This document shows, one piece after another, positions 16,516-26,274 of a DNA stretch of 64,000 nucleotides (position 1 is the first letter of the stretch; each line of letters begins with the position of its first letter). The DNA is from Bryobacterales bacterium. GTDB taxonomy: Bacteria > Acidobacteriota > Terriglobia > Bryobacterales > UBA6623. Location: positions 3,654,763-3,718,762 of the forward strand of contig OZ244172.1 of assembly GCA_965216545.1 (NCBI GenBank). Reading direction: 5' to 3'. Both the position numbers and the translations under genes were made by a program. The notes under the pieces are model-generated. The model worked only from the letters and a program-made list of their open reading frames with translations. It had not been told where the DNA came from and did not search any database.

Positions 16516-18725
16516 TCCACCGCGATCGTGACGCCCGCCGGGCTGCGGGCCTGGCCCGCGGTGAATGACAACGGCGTCTGCGGCCCTCCCAGGACGCTCA
16601 CCGGCACGCGCGCGTTGATCTGCAACACGCCCGAGACCAGCCCCGGCGCCGGTCCCGCATAGAGAATTTCGGCGTCCGCGGCGCCGATACGTACGGTGAT
16701 CTCCGCGCGCGGGCTCGGTAGCGGGGCTGCGCTAACGGCGCCGTCGAGCGCGGACGGTTCGAGCGCGCCCTCGCCTGTTCCGAACAGCACGATCACCTCG
16801 CCGCGGCGAACCGGGTTGGCGGCGCTGTTCAGAGTTCCGTCCTGGTTGAGCGCCGCCGCCGGGCCGGCGCCCGAACCCGACACAGTGAACAACGCCGGCG
16901 CGGTGGCGCTGGTGAGCAAGGTGACGGCCGAGGACGAGGCGCCGTCGTTCTCGATGGTGAGCTGCGCGACCGGCAGCGCGCCAGCCGAGTAGGGAACAAC
17001 CGCGTTGATCTGACCAGCGCTGGCGAAGGTCAACGGCGCCGCCGCTCCGTTGAGGAGCAGCCGCACGCCGGCGAGATCCCTCGTCACCCGGCCGTCTTCC
17101 CCTACCGCGAGCGCGGCCGGCGTTTCCGGCCCGATCGCGCGCCCGAAGACTGAGATGACCTCGCCGGGGGCAATCGTCCCGCTGCGGAAGCTCGCCGCGT
17201 TGACCACGCCCGCGGCCGAGAACCGCGGCACGGGCTGAAAGTCGAGCTTGGCGATGAACGCGTCGCCGCCCTCGTTGCGAATCCGCACCAACTCGGGCTG
17301 CACCACGCCCGGGGTCGCGGGAAAGGTGCGCGAGCCCGTCTCGCCCGCAACGACGATCGTGCGGCGGTTGTCGCTCGCGATGGCGTAGCCGCGGTCGCCG
17401 TCCGCGCCGCCCAGCAGGCCGGCGTAGAGCAACTCGCCCTCGACGGGATCGATCTGAACCAAGAATCCCTCGTCGAGGCCGCGCTCGGCCGGGGCCAAGC
17501 CGTTGGGCGTCGCGGGGAAGTCGTCCGAGCCGGTCGTACCGACGGCGAAGATGTCACCGGAGGAATTGGTGAGTAGCGCGTTGATCTGGTCTTCGTCCCG
17601 CCCGCCCAGATAGGTCGCCCATTGCAGTGTCGAGAGGTCCGGGCTGAAGCTTGCGGCAAAGGCGTCTCCAAAAGCGACTCCGCCACCGAAGCTCTCCTGG
17701 ATCGCCGGACCGGCCAGCGGAAAGTCCGGCGCGAGCGTGTCGCCGCCGACGATGACCCGCCCGCCGTCCAGATGCAGCGCTCGCACCTGGTCGCACGGCA
17801 CGCCGCCAAAGGGCCGGACGCAGATTGCGCCGCCGAGCAAGGTCGCGGCCTCCAGAGTCGAGCCATCGGCTGAGAAACGCGCTACGAAGGCGTCGTCCGG
17901 GCCGTTGAGCTCGCTCTGGAAGGCCCCGGGCGTTGCCGGGAAGCCCGACGACGCCGTGTAGCCGGCGACCCAGGCCACACCGGCGTCGAGGGCGAGCGCG
18001 AATGCTTCCTCGCGCCCTCCGCCCGAGAGTAGGGTGGAATAGCTCAAGCCCGCGCCGTCGGGAGTCAGCTTCGCCACGAAGGCCGCCCGCTGCGCGCCCT
18101 CGGGCAACGCCTCTTGGTGGGCCCCGGCCGTTGCCGGAAAGTCCGCCGACGCGGTCGCGCCTGCCACGTAGACGGCGCCGGTCGTGTCCACCTGCAAAGC
18201 GTTGCCGTCTTCGAAGGCGATGCCGCCCAGGTAGGTCGAATATTCGAGCCGTGAGCCGTCCGGCGAGAGCTTGGCTACGAAGGCGTCGCGAGTGCCGCCG
18301 CCGAAGCTCGGTTGCACCGCGTCTGGCGTCGTGGGAAAGTCCTCCGAGAAAGCCAGCCCGGTGACGTATGCCGCGCCCTGGGCGTCGACCGCAATGGCCG
18401 AGCCGCGTTCACGCGCCGAGCCGCCAAAGACCGCGAAGTAGAGAACCTCGGAGAGCGTCGAGTCGAGCTTGAGTACGAAGATGTCCTCGCTGGTTCCGGT
18501 CGTCGAGGTGAACGAGCGCGGAGCGGCGACGAGGTCGCGGGTCTGCCCGACAATGTAGACGTTGCCTTCGCCGTCCTGGGCTACCCCGTTGGCTTGTTCG
18601 GCAAACTCGCCGCCGAAGAAGGTTGCGTGCTCGAGCCGCTGGGCCGGAAGACCCGCGGAGAGGAGAAGGAACCCGAGACCCGCCAGCCATGGCGGGGTCC
18701 CCGTTCGGCCAAGCGAATCAGCCAT
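16512..18725 (-). CDS. secreted SBBP beta-propeller repeat protein with Solibacter-type C-terminal domain (TIGR03437-like)
   Basis: Repeated DAFVAKL.PDGS.L.YSTYLGG units. The C-terminus reads VVNAASFRSGTIAPGEVISVFG...LLLNGAAAPLTFASAGQINAVVPY. Start taken at the ATG at 18725. Confidence 0.75.
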   Translation of the reverse strand: MADSLGRTGTPPWLAGLGFLLLSAGLPAQRLEHATFFGGEFAEQANGVAQDGEGNVYIVGQTRDLVAAPRSFTSTTGTSEDIFVLKLDSTLSEVLYFAVFGGSARERGSAIAVDAQGAAYVTGLAFSEDFPTTPDAVQPSFGGGTRDAFVAKLSPDGSRLEYSTYLGGIAFEDGNALQVDTTGAVYVAGATASADFPATAGAHQEALPEGAQRAAFVAKLTPDGAGLSYSTLLSGGGREEAFALALDAGVAWVAGYTASSGFPATPGAFQSELNGPDDAFVARFSADGSTLEAATLLGGAICVRPFGGVPCDQVRALHLDGGRVIVGGDTLAPDFPLAGPAIQESFGGGVAFGDAFAASFSPDLSTLQWATYLGGRDEDQINALLTNSSGDIFAVGTTGSDDFPATPNGLAPAERGLDEGFLVQIDPVEGELLYAGLLGGADGDRGYAIASDNRRTIVVAGETGSRTFPATPGVVQPELVRIRNEGGDAFIAKLDFQPVPRFSAAGVVNAASFRSGTIAPGEVISVFGRAIGPETPAALAVGEDGRVTRDLAGVRLLLNGAAAPLTFASAGQINAVVPYSAGALPVAQLTIENDGASSSAVTLLTSATAPALFTVSGSGAGPAAALNQDGTLNSAANPVRRGEVIVLFGTGEGALEPSALDGAVSAAPLPSPRAEITVRIGAADAEILYAGPAPGLVSGVLQINARVPVSVLGGPQTPLSFTAGQARSPAGVTIAVD

Positions 18726-20235
18726 CTTCCCCAGGGTAGTTGGGCGAATAGGTCTGCCGCTCGGGACGGGGAACCAGCCTGCCGCCTTTGACGAACACAT
18801 CGCCGCGGCCTTCGCGCTCGAACTGATCCAGCAGCCGCGAGCGCCAGACGCCCAGGCTTGCGGCATGGGCCGTGTCGCCGGAGAGGTTCCTCGTCTCGAG
18901 CGGGTCCCGGGTCAGATCGAAGAGTTGCTCTTCGCCGTCGAGCGCATGGTAGATGTACTTCTGCTTGCCGTCAGTCAGAGCGGACCAGTGATTGCGCTCG
19001 CTGTAGCAGACGTCGTGCTCGAGGTCGATCCACTCGCGCCAGTCCGCAGTCTTCCCGCGTACGACATCGAGCAGGGAGCGCCCATCAAGCTCGCGCTGCG
19101 GCTCGACGCCCGCCGCGTCGAGAAACGTCGGCAGGATGTCGCGCAGCTCGACCGGCTGATCGCAGACTTGCCCGCGCTCGCCCGAGGCCAGCCCGGCGGG
19201 CCAGCGAACGATCATCGGGATGCGCGCCGACGATTCATGGGCGTAGCACTTGCGCCACATGTGGTGGTCGCCCAACATGTCGCCGTGATCGGAGAAGAAC
19301 ACGATCAGCGTTTCGTCGTACCAGCCGCGGCGTTGGAGGGCTTCGACGATGCGGCCGATCTGCTCGTCAACGAATGCAACGTTGCCGTAGTAGCCCTGCC
19401 GCGAATGGCGGACCTGATCCGCGCCGAGGTCGCCGTGCCACAGATCGTCGCGGTCGGAAGAGTGTTTGCGGTTGCGGTCCGCCCAATCGCCGATAGCGGC
19501 CTCGGGGATGTCGGCGTGATCGTAGCGGCGCATGAAGCGCGCGGGCGGGTCGTAGGGCGAGTGCGGGCGTGCGAACGAGACCTTCAGGAAGAAGGGCTCT
19601 AAGCGATTGTAGGTCTCGAGGAATCGGACGGCGGCGTCGCCGGTCCAGGCGGTGGGGTGCAGCTCCTCGGGCAGCGCGTATTCCTTGGCTGGGTAGTCGT
19701 TGAAGCCCAGCCCGGTGGCGTCGGGGTCGAGGTTCGGCGCGAGAGAGTAGAACCACGAGCGGTAGTCGGACCGGAAGTCGGGCGACTGCGACCGGCCCGA
19801 CTCGTCGAGCAGCGTGAAGTGGTAGCCGTGAGGGTTGCGCTGGTTCGAGAAATGGTTCTTGCCGATGGCGTAGGCGTGGTAGCCGGCCTCGGCGAGCGCG
19901 CGAGGCTTCTCGTAGGGGTATTGTTCGGCGATGCGTCCGTAGCCGAGCATGCCGTGGTTCCAGGGCGAGAGACCAGTGAGCAGGGCGGCGCGGGCGGGCG
20001 TGCAAGAGGGCGTAGAGGTGTAGGCGTGGCGGAAACGCGCGCCTCCGGCTGCGAGGTGGTCGAGGTTTGGCGTCAGGATGGCGCGGTTCCCGTCGACGCC
20101 CAGGCAGTCGCCGCGATGCTGGTCGTCCATCAGGAACAGGATGTTGGGCCGGCTCGCGCGGCGGCGCTGGGGCAGCGCGGGGACCGGAGCGGCAGAGGCG
20201 GCGGCAAGGCGTAGGATGTCGCGACGGCTGGGCAT
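18718..20235 (-). CDS. arylsulfatase-family sulfatase, Tat-type signal
   Basis: MPSRRDILRLAAASA twin-arginine-like leader and formylglycine motif CTPARAALLTG. Confidence 0.9.
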   Translation of the reverse strand: MPSRRDILRLAAASAAPVPALPQRRRASRPNILFLMDDQHRGDCLGVDGNRAILTPNLDHLAAGGARFRHAYTSTPSCTPARAALLTGLSPWNHGMLGYGRIAEQYPYEKPRALAEAGYHAYAIGKNHFSNQRNPHGYHFTLLDESGRSQSPDFRSDYRSWFYSLAPNLDPDATGLGFNDYPAKEYALPEELHPTAWTGDAAVRFLETYNRLEPFFLKVSFARPHSPYDPPARFMRRYDHADIPEAAIGDWADRNRKHSSDRDDLWHGDLGADQVRHSRQGYYGNVAFVDEQIGRIVEALQRRGWYDETLIVFFSDHGDMLGDHHMWRKCYAHESSARIPMIVRWPAGLASGERGQVCDQPVELRDILPTFLDAAGVEPQRELDGRSLLDVVRGKTADWREWIDLEHDVCYSERNHWSALTDGKQKYIYHALDGEEQLFDLTRDPLETRNLSGDTAHAASLGVWRSRLLDQFEREGRGDVFVKGGRLVPRPERQTYSPNYPGEDG

Positions 20236-20279
20236 GCTCCTGACAGTCTAGGGGAAGCGAGTCACAGCGCTAGGGAACT

Positions 20280-20549
20280 TCAACGAAACTCAGGCGGCAC
20301 GTCGGCCAACTGCGCTTCACAATCCCAATCCGAGGGACGCTCGGAAGGGCGGAACCAAGCGCAGCCTTGCGCGATCCACTGTTCCCTGTAGCGCTTGGTC
20401 GAATCAACGCCACAGTCTTCGTAACCGAACTCGACACCGCAGCAAGGACAGATCTCGTAAAGAGGCGTCCGCCCGTCGGCGCCCCAAGGCGGTCCGTCGT
20501 ATCGCAGACCGCAGACGCGGCACACGAGTTGATCGTCCGTCACAGACAA
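20280..20549 (-). CDS. small Cys-rich (zinc-ribbon-like) hypothetical protein
   Basis: 89 aa with CRVC...CPCC pairs and non-shadow composition. Confidence 0.5.
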   Translation of the reverse strand: MSVTDDQLVCRVCGLRYDGPPWGADGRTPLYEICPCCGVEFGYEDCGVDSTKRYREQWIAQGCAWFRPSERPSDWDCEAQLADVPPEFR

Positions 20550-20595
20550 ACCGAGTGCTATCGTCGCAGAGACGATCTGATTCGCAGCATGGCGG

Positions 20596-22263
20596 TTAGG
20601 CCCAGTTGTGCCGCTCCAAGATCGTCGGCGGCTCCAGCGTCAAGCCGGCGGCTAACCGCAGCTCCTCCCGCCCGGCCGACCACGCTAGGAACGGTCCCAG
20701 CGCCCTGCCAACCAGCTTCGTCGACAGGCCGAGCTCACGCTCGATTTCGCGGCGAACCGCGTCGATGCGGTCTGCCACCGCTTGGTTCGTGTCCGCAAGC
20801 TTGCGGCTCATCGCCCACAGCATGCCGCTGTAGGCGTGCTTGAGTCGACGGGCCTCCCACTCAAACCGCCGCCGCACGCGTTCGTCGGCGTCATTGCGGT
20901 AGCGCTTCCAGCCTTCGAGCGTGGTCCGGCAGATACGGAACAGGCTCGGCCCATTGCGCTCGTAGTCGAGCCGGAAGGCCGAGTCGAGAAAGGTCTTCGA
21001 CTGCTCGCGCGTGATAGCCGCGTGGGCGAAGTTGAATTGGTGCTGACCGTGGATGTCGGCCAAGTTGGCATCGAGCAAACGGCCTTCGTCCTGGATGCGC
21101 CGGTAGAGCGGCGTACCGGGCACGGGCGTGTAGAGCATGAACTGGTGGAAGTCGGCGTCGTGCGCAACGGCTTCCTCGATCTCCTCACCGATGTTTTCCG
21201 GCGTGTGGTGATCGAGCCCGATGATCGTGGAGCCAAGCGTCTTGATGCCGTGGGAACGCAGCTCCTGGACGAGCGCGCGCGTGTCGGCGCCCTTGAGCTT
21301 GGCGTACTTGGCGCGGGCCGATTCGAGCCCCAGCCAGATCCACGAAATCCCGAGCTCCACTAGTTCGCGCATGGAGTAGCGCTTGATCGCGTTGGCGGAG
21401 GAGAAGACATAGAGCGCCCAGCTCTTGTTCTCTTGCTTCATACGCTCGAGGAGTCCGAGCGCGCGATTGCGGTCGAGCAGAAAGTTCTCGTCCATCATGA
21501 AGAACGCCGGGGTGTCGATGCGCTCCGCGGCGCCGCGCATGACCTCAAACAGCTCGTCGGCACTTTTGTAGAAGCTCGTCATGCGCCCCTTGCCGCCGAA
21601 GAAGGCGGACGTGGTGCAGAAGTCGCAGCCCATGGGGCAGCCGACGGAGGTAATGATGGTGGCGGCGGTGTCGCCTCCGTCCATGCCGGACACTCCGAGG
21701 GCGCGCAGGCCGAAGCCGGAGACGATGTCCGGGTGCCGGATAGGCTGCGTGTCGTCCTCGCCCAGGAAGCGTCGCATCCAGGTGACGCCCTCGCCGCGGA
21801 CGATGTTGTCGGCGTCGATACGTCTGGCGAGATCGGGAATGGCAGCAACGTGTCCGCCGACGACAATCCTTGAGCGTGGCGAGATTTCCCGGATCATGCG
21901 GCACATCTCTTCGACTTTGCCCACGTTGACGACGATCGAGCTGATGCCGACGACGTCGTAGTCGCCGGTGCGCAGCTCTTCGGCGAAACGCTCGCGAGAA
22001 GGGAAGTCGAGCACGGCGCAGGGCGCCTGGATGTTGGCCTGGATGAGCATGATGCCCCAGGAACGATGAAACATCCGAAGGGAGAACGCGCCCTGCTCGC
22101 GCGTAACTTGGTTGTGGTAGAGCTCCATCGGGTTGATGGCGCGGCTACCGAATTGGTCATCTTGGGCGTAGGGGCCGAAAACGGAGCTGAGCAGGATGCG
22201 GGCCCGCGAGCGCAGGGGATGACGAGGGTGGCGGGAAGGGAAGGGAGCGTCGGGGGGCTGCAT
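20596..22263 (-). CDS. B12-binding-domain radical SAM protein (class B)
   Basis: CxxxCxxC motif CPMGCDFC preceded by a Rossmann-like cobalamin-binding region (DVVGISSIV...VVGG). GGAGG lies upstream of the ATG. Confidence 0.85.
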   Translation of the reverse strand: MQPPDAPFPSRHPRHPLRSRARILLSSVFGPYAQDDQFGSRAINPMELYHNQVTREQGAFSLRMFHRSWGIMLIQANIQAPCAVLDFPSRERFAEELRTGDYDVVGISSIVVNVGKVEEMCRMIREISPRSRIVVGGHVAAIPDLARRIDADNIVRGEGVTWMRRFLGEDDTQPIRHPDIVSGFGLRALGVSGMDGGDTAATIITSVGCPMGCDFCTTSAFFGGKGRMTSFYKSADELFEVMRGAAERIDTPAFFMMDENFLLDRNRALGLLERMKQENKSWALYVFSSANAIKRYSMRELVELGISWIWLGLESARAKYAKLKGADTRALVQELRSHGIKTLGSTIIGLDHHTPENIGEEIEEAVAHDADFHQFMLYTPVPGTPLYRRIQDEGRLLDANLADIHGQHQFNFAHAAITREQSKTFLDSAFRLDYERNGPSLFRICRTTLEGWKRYRNDADERVRRRFEWEARRLKHAYSGMLWAMSRKLADTNQAVADRIDAVRREIERELGLSTKLVGRALGPFLAWSAGREELRLAAGLTLEPPTILERHNWA

Positions 22264-22397
22264 TTGCCTCCGACTGTGGCACGGGCGGGCGGGCGGCGGA
22301 GAAGATCGCGTGTAAGAGTTCGGTAATAGTCGGGCGTTGACCGCGCCGAGCCACCCGCATCAACGGCTGACTCTAGGGCGGATGAAAGGGTGCACGT

Positions 22398-23573
22398 TCA
22401 TGTAGCTCGCGTCGGCGCCATGCCCAACCGTCGTCCGATCTTATAGGCCGTCGAGGAGTACAGCTCGGCCAGCTCGGCCCGGGTCGCTTCCAGCTCGCGA
22501 TCGAGCGATTTGGCCCATTCCGAGCGCTCTACCACGCGCGCTTCGAGCTCGTCGATCTTCGCGATCGAGGCTTTGAGCTCCGCCAGCCGCTGCTCGGAGA
22601 CCGCCTCGAGCTTGTCATAGTTTGTCAGGGCATCCCGGTAGTCCCGTTCGACCTTTTTCGCCCACTCGGCGAGCTCGGCGTGCTCCTCGTCGAGCTGCCG
22701 CGCCCAGGCCGTCTTCTCCTCCACCTCGCGCTCCATCCGGTCGAGCGTCTCTTGCGCGCGTCTCTGCTCTGCGGCGTTGATCGCCGCCATCTTCTCGAGC
22801 TCTCGCTTGGTCTCCTCGAGCCAGGCGGTCTTCTTGGCCAGCTCGCCTTCGAGCAAGCCGATGTGCTCCTCGCGGTCGCGCAGCACGTTGCCCGAGGCTG
22901 GTACGAAGACGAACGCCGGGGAGCCGAACTGCGGCAGCGCCGAGCACACGGCCAGAAAGAAATGCGCCTCTTCGGGCCTTGGCGAGCCGCTCTCGACGCT
23001 GGTACGCAGCCCCTGCACGTTCTCCGGGGTAAACGCAATGGCGTTGGTGTGGTTCTCGAGAAAGATCGTCGTGTGCGGAAAGATCGCCTCGAGCTCGGCG
23101 CGAAACTCGGCGTAGTCGAACTCGTGGACGTGGTAGGGGTTCGGCTCCGCCCGCGTCTCGCCGTAGTAGAGCCGGTTGGGTGTTGAGACCAGCAGTTGGC
23201 CGTCTGCTTTGAGCGCGCGCCGGGCTTCGGCGAGCAGGCCGCGCCAGTCTTCGAGATGCTCGATCACCTCGAAGGCGACGACCACGTCGAGCGAGGCGTC
23301 CTGGAAGGGCAGCCGCGTGCAGCTTCCCTGCACGAAGCGGACTTCCGCGTAGTCTCGCGCGCCGGCCGAGACCGCCTCCGCCGCCAGGTCGACCGCATAG
23401 ACCCGGGCGGCTTTTCGAGCGAGAATTTCCGAGCCGTAGCCCACGCCGCAGCCCGCGTCGAGGACCGTCCGCCCGCCCGTCAGCGCCTCGGCGAAGCGGT
23501 AGCGAGCGATGTGCTCGTTGAGCAGATCCGGATCCGTTTGGCCCGGTATCACGCGTTCGCCGGTAAACTCCAT
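22398..23573 (-). CDS. class I SAM-dependent methyltransferase with C-terminal coiled coil
   Basis: SAM motif VLDAGCGVGYG. The C-terminal ~170 aa form a heptad-rich region with repeated TAWLEE / TAWARQL / SEWAKSL units. Confidence 0.8.
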   Translation of the reverse strand: MEFTGERVIPGQTDPDLLNEHIARYRFAEALTGGRTVLDAGCGVGYGSEILARKAARVYAVDLAAEAVSAGARDYAEVRFVQGSCTRLPFQDASLDVVVAFEVIEHLEDWRGLLAEARRALKADGQLLVSTPNRLYYGETRAEPNPYHVHEFDYAEFRAELEAIFPHTTIFLENHTNAIAFTPENVQGLRTSVESGSPRPEEAHFFLAVCSALPQFGSPAFVFVPASGNVLRDREEHIGLLEGELAKKTAWLEETKRELEKMAAINAAEQRRAQETLDRMEREVEEKTAWARQLDEEHAELAEWAKKVERDYRDALTNYDKLEAVSEQRLAELKASIAKIDELEARVVERSEWAKSLDRELEATRAELAELYSSTAYKIGRRLGMAPTRAT

Positions 23574-23576
23574 CGG

Positions 23577-25010
23577 TCAGGTCGCGATCTTGCGGGCGAT
23601 GATTGCGTAGTCCAGCCCGCCGAAGAATCGCTTGCGGAAGCCCTCGAGACCCTCGACCCCATCCAGTTTCGCAAGCTCGGGATAGACTTCGGGGGCCGGC
23701 CGCCGCTCATGCACCTCGATCCGCCCGAAACCAGCCTCGCGCAGGTGGAAGTCGAGCTGCGCCGACGGCACGGGTCGGCGGTGGGTCGGGTCGAGGTAGA
23801 AGTCGCCAGCGAAGATTGCCAGACAGGCCGGATTCGGCGTCTCGAGCGCGAATACGCCGTCCGGCCGCAGAGCCCGGTGCGCGCCCTCCATCAGCTCGGG
23901 AATGCGCCGCCACGGCAGGTGCTCGACGACGTGGGCGCACAGGATTGCTCCGCAGGATGCCTCGGGCTGGTCGGCGAGGAATGCGAACAGGTCGCCCTCG
24001 ACGGCATCGAGGCCCTTCTCGCGGCAGGCCGCCAGGGCGTCAGCGTCCAAGTCGACCCCCTGCGCGTCGATCCCGCGGCCAGCCAGCAACTCCAGCGCCT
24101 CGCCCCGTCCGCAGCCCAGATCGAGCACGCGCCCCGCGCCCTCGAACAAGGGCAGGTAGAACGCCAGGCTCTCCGCCACGTAGGCTTCGTCGCCGCGGAA
24201 GCGCTCTTCGAAGCGGGCGTAGTCGAACGCCGGCGTCTCCGGCGCTGCGCTGGGGGTTGTCGGCCTCCCTTGCTCCGGCGGGGCCGTCGTCGTCGTCGCT
24301 CTGCGCCGTAGCAGGCGCAGCTCGGCGTGCAATTGGCGTTCGTGCTCGTTTCTGAGCTTCTCGAGATCGGCCCAGAATCTTTCCTGCAGCTCGGCGACCG
24401 CCTTGTCGAGCGAGCGCAAGTAGTCGCGGTGAACGTCTTGGAGGCCGTCGCGATAGGACGTCTCTCTGTCCCGGCCCAGCGATTCGAGCTCACGGACGCG
24501 ATGCAGGAAGCGAATCTCGGCCTGCTCCAGGCGCGCTTCGAGGGCCGGCTTCCACTCGGCGATGTGGCTGAGCGAATCGGCTTGTGTTTGCGCCACCACA
24601 TCGAGCTGCGGTCCCATCGCGTCCAGGCGCGCGGCCGCGTCCGCGCGGAAGGCGGCGAATTCGCGCGCGATGCGCAGAACGTTGTAGTTCTGCTCGGTCA
24701 TCGCCTCGATGTTGCGATCCATGTAGGCGATGGCGGCTCGATTGAACTCGATCTGGTCGCGGACGAGCCAATTCAGGCCGCGCGCGACCATGCGCTTGGC
24801 GCCTTGGATCGCGCTGTTGACCAGCCCCTTGGGGCGCGGGTTGACGGTCCCGATGGCGGCGGTTTTGCCGTCGGCGCGGTCGCGTGCGTGTCCGAGCGGC
24901 TCGAGCGGCGGCAGCTCGAAATCGCTGATCTGCTCCACGGTCTTGCCGTGGCGCTCGCGGACGCGCTCGCGAATCTCGGCCACCGCCGCCGCCACTTCCT
25001 CGGGAGACAC
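23577..25010 (-). CDS. class I SAM-dependent methyltransferase with N-terminal coiled coil
   Basis: Long helical N-terminal half, then SAM motif VLDLGCGRGE in the C-terminal half. Its stop lies 3 nt upstream of the next methyltransferase start. Confidence 0.8.
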   Translation of the reverse strand: MSPEEVAAAVAEIRERVRERHGKTVEQISDFELPPLEPLGHARDRADGKTAAIGTVNPRPKGLVNSAIQGAKRMVARGLNWLVRDQIEFNRAAIAYMDRNIEAMTEQNYNVLRIAREFAAFRADAAARLDAMGPQLDVVAQTQADSLSHIAEWKPALEARLEQAEIRFLHRVRELESLGRDRETSYRDGLQDVHRDYLRSLDKAVAELQERFWADLEKLRNEHERQLHAELRLLRRRATTTTAPPEQGRPTTPSAAPETPAFDYARFEERFRGDEAYVAESLAFYLPLFEGAGRVLDLGCGRGEALELLAGRGIDAQGVDLDADALAACREKGLDAVEGDLFAFLADQPEASCGAILCAHVVEHLPWRRIPELMEGAHRALRPDGVFALETPNPACLAIFAGDFYLDPTHRRPVPSAQLDFHLREAGFGRIEVHERRPAPEVYPELAKLDGVEGLEGFRKRFFGGLDYAIIARKIAT

Positions 25011-25042
25011 TTCTACTAAGGTACAGGTCTTGGAGGCGGGGG

Positions 25043-25606
25043 ATGAGGAGCAAACCGATGCGGCTGCCCATCGTGGGCGTGATGGGTGGATCGATGGACG
25101 CAGCGGCGGGCAGGGCCGCTGAGCTCGGCCGGATGCTGGCCGGGCTCGGAGTGCATCTGCTGACCGGCGGAGGGGCGGGCGCGATGGCGGCCGTCAGCCG
25201 CGGCTTCGCGGACGTCGAGGATCGCCGTGGCGCGATCATCGGCGTTCTGCCCGCCGGCTGCGGCGCGGCCTACCCGAATCGCTGGGTCGAGATCCCAATC
25301 CGGACACACTTGCCGCTGAGCGGCGAGCGCGGCGAGGAGCCCATGTCGCGCAACCACATCAACGTGCTCAGCTCAGACGCCGTGGTGGCGCTGCCCGGCG
25401 GGTCCGGCACACTCAGCGAAGCCCGACTGGCGCTGCGCTACGGCAAGCCGCTGGTCGCCTACTTGGAGAATCGAAACGAGATTCCCGGGTTGCCGCGGGA
25501 AGTCGAGGCCCTCGCCGAGCTCGCCCAAGTGCGATCGTGGCTGGCCAACGCGCTCGGGATTCCTCGAAGCGCCGACGGCGTCAGTCCCGCTGCGCCAGAC
25601 CGATGA
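25043..25606 (+). CDS. TIGR00725 / LOG-like (SLOG Rossmann) family protein
   Basis: PIVGVMGGS...LLTGGGAGAMAAVSRGF...ALPGGSGTLSE pattern. Confidence 0.7.
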   Translation: MRSKPMRLPIVGVMGGSMDAAAGRAAELGRMLAGLGVHLLTGGGAGAMAAVSRGFADVEDRRGAIIGVLPAGCGAAYPNRWVEIPIRTHLPLSGERGEEPMSRNHINVLSSDAVVALPGGSGTLSEARLALRYGKPLVAYLENRNEIPGLPREVEALAELAQVRSWLANALGIPRSADGVSPAAPDR

Positions 25607-26078
25607 CCGCCACGGCGACGCCGGCGGTGATGGGGACCCAGATCTTCGGGCCGAAGCGACGCTTCTTCTTCGGCATCTCTGGAGCGACGTTGACGCGAGA
25701 GGCTTCCGCGGAGCCCGTCATCCCCTCGTGCCGCGCCTCGACGGCGATGGTGTAGGCGCCAGGGGTCTGGTTCGGGGTCAGCGCCGCCGCTTGCGCCCGG
25801 CCGTTCTCGTCGGTCCAGGCCTTGGAATCGTGCGCAGCGCCGAAAAACGTCGCGCTTGGGCCATCGACGGGGGAGCGGAAGGTCACCTCGGCGCGAGGAA
25901 CCGGGGCGCCGGCGTCATCGCGCACCTCGATGATCAACGCCGGCGCAACGCTCTGCTCGATCGAGCTTTGCGCCCCGTCGCCCTCGACGACCGCGATTTG
26001 GAGGCCTTGCTGGGCCGAGGCGGCGGCGATTGCGCATAGAGCGCCCAACAAGACCGGTAGACGGCGGTGAAAGCTCAT
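25581..26078 (-). CDS. hypothetical secreted Ig-like protein with C-terminal membrane anchor
   Basis: Signal peptide (LPVLLGALCAIAAASA), a beta-rich body, and C-terminal KKKRRFGPKIWVPITAGVAVAVIGL. Confidence 0.55.
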   Translation of the reverse strand: MSFHRRLPVLLGALCAIAAASAQQGLQIAVVEGDGAQSSIEQSVAPALIIEVRDDAGAPVPRAEVTFRSPVDGPSATFFGAAHDSKAWTDENGRAQAAALTPNQTPGAYTIAVEARHEGMTGSAEASRVNVAPEMPKKKRRFGPKIWVPITAGVAVAVIGLAQRD

Positions 26079-26274
26079 GGGTTCAGCAGTATCGGCGCGG
26101 GGCCGGGGCGGGCGGTTACAGCTTCGGCGCCCCGGGAGCGGCTTCGGGCGGGATAAGGCGAATTCCCCACCAGAATCCTACGAAAAGCGGAGGGTGTAAG
26201 GGGGTTGAGCTGTCGTTTCCTATTCGATGAGGGAGGCCGTCCCCCGGCCCTGGCCTGGGCTTCCCCGCAACACA

